Positions 1 through 8,081 of a stretch of DNA of 32,000 bases are shown here, in pieces. The number at the start of each line of letters is the position of its first letter. The stretch's first letter is position 1. Origin of the DNA: Pilimelia terevasa. Its GTDB lineage: Bacteria; Actinomycetota; Actinomycetes; Mycobacteriales; Micromonosporaceae. Location: assembly GCF_014647915.1 (NCBI RefSeq), contig NZ_BMQC01000003.1, forward strand, positions 315,800 through 347,799, read 5' to 3'. The position numbers and the translations under genes were made by a program. Under the pieces are notes generated by a model. The model made no database searches and was not told the origin of the DNA. It saw only the letters and a program-made list of their open reading frames with translations.

Positions 1-261
1 ACAGGCCGGAACTGGACAGGGCATCCGATCTTCCGGCGCCGCCGGTACACAAAAACAACTGGCGAAGAATGGGATCATCGTCTACATCGGACAGACAATT
101 CTGATACTCCCGGACATCCGTTCCGGGCCGCCGGCCGCGGGGTCGGCGACCGGGGCCGGGAAGTCGGCGGCGCGGCAGGCATGGACGGCCGACCTACGCG
201 TGGGTAGCGTGGCGGTCGGCGAGTGGATGGCAGGCCCGCGTGCCCTGGGCGCGGGGTGAGG

Positions 262-1482
262 ATGGGGGACCCCGTGACCGATGTGACCACACAGTCGACA
301 CCCGTTTTTCCGCTGCCGCGCACCTGTCCGTTCGCCCCGCCCGCCGAGTACGACCGGCTGCGCGCGACGGAGCCGGTCGCCCGGGTGCCGCTGCCCAACG
401 GCGACTGGGCGTGGGCGGTGAGCCGGCACGAGGACGTGCGGTCGGTGCTGACCGACTCCCGGTTCAGCTCCGACCGGACCAACCCGCTCTTCCCGCGCCT
501 GGTCAAGGGCGAGCGGGTGAGCACCGACGCCGCGCCCTCACTGATCAACATGGACCCGCCGGAGCACGGCCCGGCCCGCCGCGCGGTCGTCGGCGAGTTC
601 ACCGTCAAGCGGATGCAGGCCATGCGCCCGCGGATCCAGCAGATCGTGGACGGCTGCCTCGACGACCTGCTGGCCGCCCCGCGGCCGGCGGACCTGGTCC
701 GGCACGTGTCGCTGCCGGTCCCGTCGCTGGTCATCTGCGAGCTGCTCGGGGTCTCGTACGCCGACCACGACTTCTTCCAGAGCCGGACCAGCCTGATGAT
801 CGCCCGCGCCACCCCGCACGAGGAGCGGATGCAGGCGTTCGGCGAGCTGAACGACTTCCTCGGCACGCTGGTCACCGCGAAGGAGGCGGCGCCGGGCGAC
901 GACCTGCTCGGCCGCCAGATCCTGCGGCAGCGGGAGACCGGCGAGGTGGACCACGCGGGGCTGGTCAGCCTCGCGTTCCTGCTGCTGGTGGCCGGGCACG
1001 AGACCACCGCCAACATGATCTCCCTCGGCACGGTCCTGCTGCTGGAGAACCCCGGGCAGCTCGACCGGCTGCGCCGCGACCCGGAGCGGACGCTGCCCGC
1101 GGTGGAGGAGCTGCTGCGGTACTGCACCATCGCCGACCTCGCCACCTCGCGGGTCGCGGTCGCCGACGTCGAGGTCGGCGGGGTGCTCATCCGGGCCGGC
1201 GAGGGCGTGCTCGCGCTGGGCAACGCCGCCAACCGCGACCCGGAGGTGTTCGCCGAGCCGCACGAGTTCGACATCGACCGCGGCGCCCGGCACCACGTCG
1301 CCTTCGGGTACGGGATCCACCAGTGCCTCGGCCAGAACCTGGCCCGGCTGGAGCTGCAGGTCGTCTTCGACACGCTGTTCCGCCGGTTCCCCGGGCTGCG
1401 GCTGGCGGTGCCGATGGCGGAGCTGCCGTTCAAGGACGACGCGTTCGTCTACGGCCTGCACGAGGTGCCGGTCACGTGGTGA
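262..1482 (+). CDS. cytochrome P450 monooxygenase (CYP105/107-like)
   Basis: ORF 223..1482. Motifs: I-helix VAGHETT, ExxR (EELLR), heme-thiolate loop FGYGIHQCLGQNLA. Very high GC3. Start is ambiguous (ATG 223, ATG 262 or GTG 274); the stop at 1480-1482 is firm. Confidence 0.93.
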   Translation: MGDPVTDVTTQSTPVFPLPRTCPFAPPAEYDRLRATEPVARVPLPNGDWAWAVSRHEDVRSVLTDSRFSSDRTNPLFPRLVKGERVSTDAAPSLINMDPPEHGPARRAVVGEFTVKRMQAMRPRIQQIVDGCLDDLLAAPRPADLVRHVSLPVPSLVICELLGVSYADHDFFQSRTSLMIARATPHEERMQAFGELNDFLGTLVTAKEAAPGDDLLGRQILRQRETGEVDHAGLVSLAFLLLVAGHETTANMISLGTVLLLENPGQLDRLRRDPERTLPAVEELLRYCTIADLATSRVAVADVEVGGVLIRAGEGVLALGNAANRDPEVFAEPHEFDIDRGARHHVAFGYGIHQCLGQNLARLELQVVFDTLFRRFPGLRLAVPMAELPFKDDAFVYGLHEVPVTW

Positions 1483-1499
1483 GCGCGGGCGGGGTGGCC

Positions 1500-1709
1500 A
1501 TGCGACTCGTCGCCGACGTGACCCGCTGCGTCGGCGCGGGCCAGTGCGTGCTGACCGACGCCGCGATGTTCGACCAGGACGACGCCGACGGGACGGTCGT
1601 CCTGCGGGTCGACACGGTGCCGGCGGCGGCGCAGGCGGCCGCGGCGGAGGCGGTCGCGCTCTGCCCCGGCCAGGCCCTCGCGCTCGTCCCGGAGGAGCGC
1701 GCACCTTAA
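1500..1709 (+). CDS. small [3Fe-4S]-type ferredoxin, likely P450 redox partner
   Basis: ATG at 1500, in the frame of ORF 240..1709, 17 nt after the P450 stop. 69 aa with CVGAGQC ... ALCPG cysteine pattern, typical of actinobacterial P450-linked ferredoxins. Confidence 0.85.
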   Translation: MRLVADVTRCVGAGQCVLTDAAMFDQDDADGTVVLRVDTVPAAAQAAAAEAVALCPGQALALVPEERAP

Positions 1710-1734
1710 GGGAGCGTGAGGTCGCGGCGGAAGG

Positions 1735-1754
1735 ACGGGGGACTTTCGCCCCTG
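1735..1754 (+). promoter_or_regulatory. Dos-box-like imperfect palindrome (GGGACTTTCGCCCC core) upstream of the DevR-like regulator; alternatively a weak terminator hairpin for the ferredoxin
   Basis: Core at 1739-1752 matches the remembered DevR box core GGGACTWWAGTCCC at 12 of 14 positions. It lies about 20 nt upstream of a TAGAGT -10-like hexamer (1771-1776) and 37-50 nt upstream of the ATG at 1789. Confidence 0.3.
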
Positions 1755-1788
1755 CCCGGACTGACCGATTTAGAGTAAAAAGGTCCTT

Positions 1789-2477
<689 letters not shown>

Positions 2478-2502
<25 letters not shown>

Positions 2503-3272
2503 TTCGAGAAGTTGAAGTCCGTGTTGTCGCCGCGCAGGCCCACCCGGCCGGGCTTGGTGATCGGCGCGCAGCCGGTGCCCTTGTCGGTGATCGAGAAGAC
2601 CGGCACGTCGGCGCGGTTGACCCCGATCGTGACCGAGCCGTCCTTGTTGTTCTGGACGTTGGCGGAGTACCACTTCCACTGGCCCGGGGTGGGCTTGTAC
2701 TTCACCGCGCCGGTGCCGAGGGTGTAGTAGGTGCCGCCGTTGGAGGGGCCGCCGGGGCACTTCTTCTTGGCGACGATCGCGCCGTCGCGGCGGGCGACCG
2801 AGACGTAGTACAGCGACGCCTCGTGCTGGTAGCGCAGGAAGATGTGCAGGCCGTCCCAGTCCACGACGGGGGTGCTGCGGGTGGCGGTCTGGCTGTTGAT
2901 CAGGAGCTTCATCCGCACCTGGACGTCGCCGAAGTCGGCGCGCTTGGTGGTGAGGCGGAAGATCGCCGAGTTGGTGCCGGGGTTGGAGTCGCCGTCGGGG
3001 ACCCGGTCGTTGACCGGACCGCTCCAGTAGGCCGGGCCCTCCGCCGTGGGGCGGGTGAACAGCGAGCCGCTGTCCATCTGCCAGTCGGGGGACTGCACCG
3101 CGTCGCGCGCACCCTGGTTCCAGTACGCGTACTCGTTGGTGACGAGGCGCGTGTCCGCAGCCGGCGTCGGCGCGTAGAGCGTCGTGACGGCCGCGGCGGC
3201 CGGGGTCGGCATGACTGCTGCACCGAAGGCGAGGGCGGCGGTGACGGCGAGGGTCTTGATCCGGTGCTGCAT
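2478..3272 (-). CDS. secreted hypothetical protein, predicted concanavalin-A/LamG-like jelly roll (paralog A)
   Basis: ATG at 3272. Signal peptide MQHRIKTLAVTAALAFGAAVMPTPAAAA. C-terminal GRVGLRGDNTDFNFSNYKV resembles the terminal strand motif of DUF1080/LamG-type domains. About 50 percent identical by eye to the 3505..4332 product. Confidence 0.8.
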
Positions 3273-3411
3273 CCTGCGGGACTCCCATGGTCGTGCGCCG
3301 AACGGTGGCGGTCGTCGGCGTCAACAGACCCATCGGCGGTGCCGCAGGACCGGACGAGTGGGGAAGGAGTGCAGCTCGGGTGCACGCCGGGTAGCGAACG
3401 CTAAATGAGAG

Positions 3412-3434
3412 ATAAGGCTTTTAAAAGGTCTTAT
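3412..3434. promoter_or_regulatory. AT-rich 23-bp imperfect palindrome ATAAGGCTTTTAAAAGGTCTTAT in a divergent promoter region
   Basis: 18 of 23 positions are self-complementary. It sits in an island of about 40 percent GC (3401-3480, hand count) between divergent paralogs. A TACAAT -10-like hexamer lies at 3439-3444. Confidence 0.35.
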
Positions 3435-3504
3435 GAGGTACAATGGGAGTTCTGTCATGTTTATCCCGTTTGTCACGGGAACCCCGCATCAACCAGAGGC
3501 GTAG

Positions 3505-4332
3505 ATGTCCCTTCCGCACTTCCCGCGCACAGCGCTGGCGACCGCGGCGCTGCTGGTCGGCACGCTTTCCGTACCGGCTCCGACGCCCGCCTCGGCGGCC
3601 CTCATCAATCTGCCGCTGTGGAGGTCCACCCCGTCGATCGACGAAGGTCTGGTAACCAACGAATTCGCCACGTACAACCCGCTGCTCTCGATCTCCCGGT
3701 ACTCCCCGGACTGGGTGATGAGCAGCGGATCGCTCTTTGCCGTCCACTCGCCGTACGGCCCCGCCTACTACAGCGGCCACGTGGACGACCGGGAGCCCGA
3801 CGCGCTGTCGGCCCGGAGCACCAACTCCGCCATCTTCCGCATGGTCAGCCGGCGCGACGACTTCCGCAACAACACCGTCCGGCTCAAGATCCGGGTCACG
3901 GACCAGCGCAGCACCCGGTCCACGCCCCGCTCGGACTGGGACGGCGTGCACCTGTGGCTGCGCCACCAGAGCGAGACGCACACCTACTACGCCAGCCTCG
4001 CCCGGCGCGACGGCCGCATGGTGATCAAGAAGAAGTGTCCCGGCGGCCGGATCAACGGCGGCCGGTACTACGAGCTGAGCGACGAGATCGACGGCTTCCC
4101 GATCTACGAGGACGAGTGGAAGCGGTTCACCGTCACCATCCGCAACAACTCCTCCGGCTCCGTCACCATCGGCGTGTACCGGCTGGACAAGCTCGTCCTG
4201 CGGGCGGTCGACGACGGGGTGGGCTGCGAGCCGATCACGTCGCCGGGCCAGGTCGGCATCCGCGGCGACAACACCGAGTTCGCGTTCGCCGACTTCGAGG
4301 TCGACCCCTGGGAGTCCGAACCGGGCGAGTGA
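3505..4332 (+). CDS. secreted hypothetical protein, predicted concanavalin-A/LamG-like jelly roll (paralog B)
   Basis: ATG at 3505 with an AGAGG Shine-Dalgarno 6 nt upstream. Signal peptide ...LLVGTLSVPAPTPASAA. Blocks shared with paralog A: LVTNE, SPDW, SGSLF, GPAY, TNSAIFR, STRSTP, DWDG.H, RRDG, KKKCPGG, GSVTIGV, G.RGDNT.F.F. Confidence 0.8.
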   Translation: MSLPHFPRTALATAALLVGTLSVPAPTPASAALINLPLWRSTPSIDEGLVTNEFATYNPLLSISRYSPDWVMSSGSLFAVHSPYGPAYYSGHVDDREPDALSARSTNSAIFRMVSRRDDFRNNTVRLKIRVTDQRSTRSTPRSDWDGVHLWLRHQSETHTYYASLARRDGRMVIKKKCPGGRINGGRYYELSDEIDGFPIYEDEWKRFTVTIRNNSSGSVTIGVYRLDKLVLRAVDDGVGCEPITSPGQVGIRGDNTEFAFADFEVDPWESEPGE

Positions 4333-4341
4333 GCCCGCACG

Positions 4342-4385
4342 CGACGAAGGAGGGGGTGGGCCGCGGCCCACCCCCTCCTTCGTCG
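4342..4385. terminator. bidirectional intrinsic-terminator-like hairpin between convergent genes
   Basis: Perfect 21-bp arms CGACGAAGGAGGGGGTGGGCC / GGCCCACCCCCTCCTTCGTCG with a 2-nt centre. Located 10 nt after the + strand stop (4332) and 10 nt before the minus-strand stop (4395). Confidence 0.8.
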
Positions 4386-4394
4386 TGCTCCCGG

Positions 4395-5165
4395 CTAGCG
4401 CAGCGCCGCGGTGCAGTAGCCGCGCGAACGCAGCCCCTCGATGATCGCCGGCAGCGCCTCGACGGTGTTCTGCGCGTCGGCCGTACCGTCGTGCAGCAGG
4501 ACCGACATGCCCGGCTGGGCGTTCTGCACCACCGCGTTGGCCAGGTCGGCCGGCCGGCGGCCGCGCCAGTCCTCGCTGTCGAACGTCCACGAGGACGGCC
4601 GCAGCCCCAGCTCGTTGGCGACGGTGTCGACGGTGCGCCCGCCGCTGCCGAACGGCGGCCGGACCAGCACCGGGGCGGGGGCCCCGGCGGCGGTGATGGC
4701 CTCCTGGGTGCGGACGAGCTGGTCCCGGACGACCGCGGCGTCGAGGTCCGCGAGGTGCGGGTGGTCCCAGCTGTGGTTACCGACGGTGTGCCCGTCGGCG
4801 ACCATCGCCCGCACCGTGGTCGCGTCGGCCCGCGCCTTCTCGCCGAGGACGAAGAAGGTCGCCTGCGCCTGGTACGCCCGCAGCACCGCCAGGACCGGGC
4901 CGGTGTACGGACCCGGGCCGTCGTCGAACGTCAGCGCCACCTGCCCGCGGGTGCACGGGTTGGCCAGGGCCGACGCGGGCGGGTCCAGCCGCGGGGTGGT
5001 GGCCGGCGAGGCCGCCGGTGCCGCGTCGACCGTGGTGGCCGGGCGGACCAGCAGGACCGCGGCCACCGCGAGCGCCGCGGCGGTCACCCCCAGCTCGGCG
5101 ACGGAGCGCACGACCGACCGGCGGGCCGGGCGGGTGTCGTTCTGGCGGCGGACCCGACGACTCAC
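4395..5165 (-). CDS. secreted polysaccharide deacetylase (CE4, NodB homology domain)
   Basis: Inside ORF 4395..6050. GTG start at 5165 overlaps the upstream TGA as GTGA. N-terminal TM/signal segment. NodB motifs: LTFDDGP, GNHSWDH, LVRPPFG. Confidence 0.88.
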   Translation of the reverse strand: MSRRVRRQNDTRPARRSVVRSVAELGVTAAALAVAAVLLVRPATTVDAAPAASPATTPRLDPPASALANPCTRGQVALTFDDGPGPYTGPVLAVLRAYQAQATFFVLGEKARADATTVRAMVADGHTVGNHSWDHPHLADLDAAVVRDQLVRTQEAITAAGAPAPVLVRPPFGSGGRTVDTVANELGLRPSSWTFDSEDWRGRRPADLANAVVQNAQPGMSVLLHDGTADAQNTVEALPAIIEGLRSRGYCTAALR

Positions 5166-6508
5166 GCGGCGCCACCGACCTCGGCGAGGTGGTAGTCGTC
5201 CGTGATCACGGTGCCCAGGCCGGTCAGCGCGAGGCCGAAGCTGAGCGCCGTGGCGCCCGCCGGGACCGCGGGCGAGACCAGCTCGGCCATCGACCAGGTC
5301 TGGCCGTCGGCCCGCACCGGCCCGGTGCGCCAGTACTTCCACGCGCCCTCGGCGTCCTTGTAGTAGAGGACCATCCGCACGCTGGTGGTCGGACCCCAGG
5401 AGCCCTTGTGCCAGACCTGCGCCCGGTAGGTCCTGCCGGGGGTGACCTCCGGGGCGCACGCGGCCTCGGCCTGGTGCGTGATCAGCTTGCGGTCGCCGGA
5501 GGTGTAGCTGGTGACCTGGACCTGCTGGGCGTACGAGCCGGTGTGGCCGCCGGTGACCCGGGACCAGACGACCGAGTTGGTGCCGAAGCCGCCCTTCTGG
5601 AAGCAGCTCGGGGTGCTGACCGCGCCGACGGCCTCCAGGCTCGGGTTGACGACCAGGTTGCCGGGCTGCGTCGGCAGCTTGGGCCCGTTGACCCCGGGCT
5701 GGGCGTTGCCGCCGACGACCTCGTCGACGGTGCGCACGACGGTGCCGGAGCCCTTGCGCGCGTTCAGCCAGTCCAGGAACTGGCCGAACAGGGTCGGGCT
5801 GATGGTGTACGTGCCGCCGCACACGTTCGCGCAGACGTGGTGCAGGACGAGCTGGACCCAGCCGCCCCCGTCCTGCTCCGCGTTGGTGACGTAGGACTTG
5901 AGTTCGGCCAGCGTCGTGGTGTCCTTGATCGAGTCGCTGGCGCGCGTCATGAACGCGTTCTGCGCCGGCATCTTCTCCGACTTCGGGCACGTCGCGCACG
6001 TGTTCGGCGACACGATCCCGCCGACGGTGCGGGCGCTGTTGTAGCCGCACTTGGCCGCGACCGCCTGGGTGGTGCCGTCGGCGTCGCCGTACGGGTACGC
6101 CAGGCTCTTGACCTGGAAACCGCGCTGGATCAGGTTGACCCGGTCGTCGCAGATCTCGCGCTTCTGGTCGTCGGTCACCAGCGTCGGGAGGTCCACGTGG
6201 TCGGTGGTGTGGCCGCCGATCTCGTGGCCCTGCGCGACCAGGGCCTCCAGGTCGTCCTGGGAGAGGAAGCCGGCCGCGCCGACCCGCCCGGAGTTGACGT
6301 AGAAGGTGCCCTTCATGCCGCGCGCGTTCAGCAGCGGCGCCGCCTCGGTGAGGTGGTTCTTCACACCGTCGTCGAAGGTCAGCGACACCACGGTGGGCAT
6401 CGTCTCCTCCTGGGCGTACGAGCTGGCGCTCGCGATGAGCGCCACGCTCGCGGCGACCGCGATGGAGACCGGCCAGACGGCCTTTCGCAGTCGGGGGAAT
6501 TTTCGCAT
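5162..6508 (-). CDS. secreted polysaccharide deacetylase (CE4) with C-terminal carbohydrate-binding (CBM4_9-like) domain
   Basis: ATG at 6508 (MRKFPRLRK... signal peptide ending ASSYAQEE). NodB motifs: LTFDDG, GGHTTDH, LAYPYG. C-terminal ~150 aa beta-sandwich-like region begins GNLVVNPSLE. The longer start at 6559 is less likely. Confidence 0.88.
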   Translation of the reverse strand: MRKFPRLRKAVWPVSIAVAASVALIASASSYAQEETMPTVVSLTFDDGVKNHLTEAAPLLNARGMKGTFYVNSGRVGAAGFLSQDDLEALVAQGHEIGGHTTDHVDLPTLVTDDQKREICDDRVNLIQRGFQVKSLAYPYGDADGTTQAVAAKCGYNSARTVGGIVSPNTCATCPKSEKMPAQNAFMTRASDSIKDTTTLAELKSYVTNAEQDGGGWVQLVLHHVCANVCGGTYTISPTLFGQFLDWLNARKGSGTVVRTVDEVVGGNAQPGVNGPKLPTQPGNLVVNPSLEAVGAVSTPSCFQKGGFGTNSVVWSRVTGGHTGSYAQQVQVTSYTSGDRKLITHQAEAACAPEVTPGRTYRAQVWHKGSWGPTTSVRMVLYYKDAEGAWKYWRTGPVRADGQTWSMAELVSPAVPAGATALSFGLALTGLGTVITDDYHLAEVGGAA

Positions 6509-6572
6509 CAATGTCCCTGCCATCACTCGGGGCCGGAGGTGTCCGGCCGGCTCTCTCACTTGCTCCTCCCGG

Positions 6573-8081
6573 TCAGCCGGTGGTCACCCCCGTCATGCGG
6601 GCCCGGTTGAGCGAAAGCACACAGCCGCCGGTGGTCTCGGCGCCGAAGGCGACCCCGCCCGCGGCGAGGCGGTGGTCGACGGCCGCGGTCAGCGGCGCGC
6701 CCCCGGCCACCTGGACCCAGGCGCGGCGCCCCTGCACCCGCACCTGCACGGTCCGCCGGATGCCGGCCGGCACCGCGCGCTCGGCCAGGGTCCGCCGCGG
6801 GCCGTTGAGGATCTGCTGCCGGATGGCGACCCGCGCGTTGCCGAGGGCGACCTCCACGCGGCCGTAGTGGCCGGTGCCGGTGCCGGTCCGGACGCCGATC
6901 ACCGCGGTGCACCGCGGGTTGGTGCCGGAGACGTCGGCGGAGACGGTGTAGTCCAGCCAGCGGGTGGTGTTGACGTCCGGGTCCTCGCAGAGGCCGGAGC
7001 GGCGCGCGTCCAGGACGATGAGCTGCGGCGAGCGGCGGCAGCGCACCGGGTTCGTCGGGTCCGGCTGGAGGTCCAGGTCGGCCAGGTCCGCGGGCGGGGT
7101 GACCGGCTGGGCGCCGTAGATCAGCTCCATGAGGCGGCCGGCGCCGAGCGTCGTGCGCACGCCGATCCGCGGCAGGTGCCAGCGCGGCGACCGCGCGCGG
7201 ACCGCGTCGATGTGGCCGGTGGGCACTCCCTCGCCGAGGAACGCCAGGCCGTACCCGGCCTCGGCCAGCAGCTCGGGCAGCGCCTTGCGCAGCTCCGGCT
7301 GCTCGTCGTCCTGGCCGGCGTCGCCGAACGGGTAGGCGAAGGCCGCCGCCGGCCCGCCCAGGCGCTTCCTGAAGTACCCCTGGCTCGCGGCGAGGTCCGC
7401 GCGGACGCGGTCCTTCCACTCGTCCAGCGACTCGACCCGGCCGTCGCGCAGCTTCAGGTGCGACAGCCCCGGGCGCAGGTTGCCCGGTACCGGGACCATC
7501 GTGTCCAGCGCGTGGGTGCGCGCGCCGAACTCCCAGCGGCCCGTGTCGCGCAGGTCGCCGAGCTGGCGGTGGGACAGGTACTTCGACGGGGTGCCGGCGC
7601 TGACCAGGCGCCCGGTGGTGAGGAACGCCGCGGCCGTGAAGCCGTGCCGGGCCAGCATCGGGTCGGCGGTCGTCCAGTCGGTGATCGAGCCTCCGTCGAA
7701 GGTGATCAGGACCGCCCGCGGCGGCAGGTCGACCTGGCCGCCGTCCAGCATGGCCCGGACGTCGGCGAGCCGGACGCTGCGGTACCCCGCGCCGGCCAGC
7801 GCGGCCAGGTGCGCCGCGAAGGTGTCCCGGCTGATCGCGCTGGACTCCCGCGGCTTGTCGGTGATGCTGTGGTACGTCAGGACGGTCACGGTGTCCGGGA
7901 CGATCGGCACCGCGCGCGCCGGGGCCGCCGGCGCGGCCGACAGCGCCGCCAACTGCGGCGGGTCGAACGGCTTGCTCAGCTTCACCCAGGCGTCCACGGC
8001 CACGGCGAGGGTGACCACGGCCAGCCCCGCGGTCAGCACGCGGAACAGGCCGCCGACGACGTTGTTGTTGCGCTCAGACAT
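6573..8081 (-). CDS. membrane-anchored PgaB/IcaB-like deacetylase-family protein with divergent metal-site motifs and a C-terminal jelly-roll-like domain
   Basis: ATG at 8081 overlaps the GT2 stop by 8 nt. N-terminal TM helix (GGLFRVLTAGLAVVTLAVAV). Motifs: LTYHSI, ITFDGG (not FDDG), GARTHALD (not HxxxH), FAYPFGD. C-terminal ~150 aa ends AAGGVAFGAETTGG. Confidence 0.8.
   Translation of the reverse strand: MSERNNNVVGGLFRVLTAGLAVVTLAVAVDAWVKLSKPFDPPQLAALSAAPAAPARAVPIVPDTVTVLTYHSITDKPRESSAISRDTFAAHLAALAGAGYRSVRLADVRAMLDGGQVDLPPRAVLITFDGGSITDWTTADPMLARHGFTAAAFLTTGRLVSAGTPSKYLSHRQLGDLRDTGRWEFGARTHALDTMVPVPGNLRPGLSHLKLRDGRVESLDEWKDRVRADLAASQGYFRKRLGGPAAAFAYPFGDAGQDDEQPELRKALPELLAEAGYGLAFLGEGVPTGHIDAVRARSPRWHLPRIGVRTTLGAGRLMELIYGAQPVTPPADLADLDLQPDPTNPVRCRRSPQLIVLDARRSGLCEDPDVNTTRWLDYTVSADVSGTNPRCTAVIGVRTGTGTGHYGRVEVALGNARVAIRQQILNGPRRTLAERAVPAGIRRTVQVRVQGRRAWVQVAGGAPLTAAVDHRLAAGGVAFGAETTGGCVLSLNRARMTGVTTG

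Noticed and set aside
3277-3283. CGGGACT half-site resembling the left half of a Dos box next to the paralog A start.
   Set aside because: The right half (CCCATGGT) does not match. On the coding strand the sequence GGGAGTCCC doubles as the ribosome-binding site directly before the ATG at 3272.
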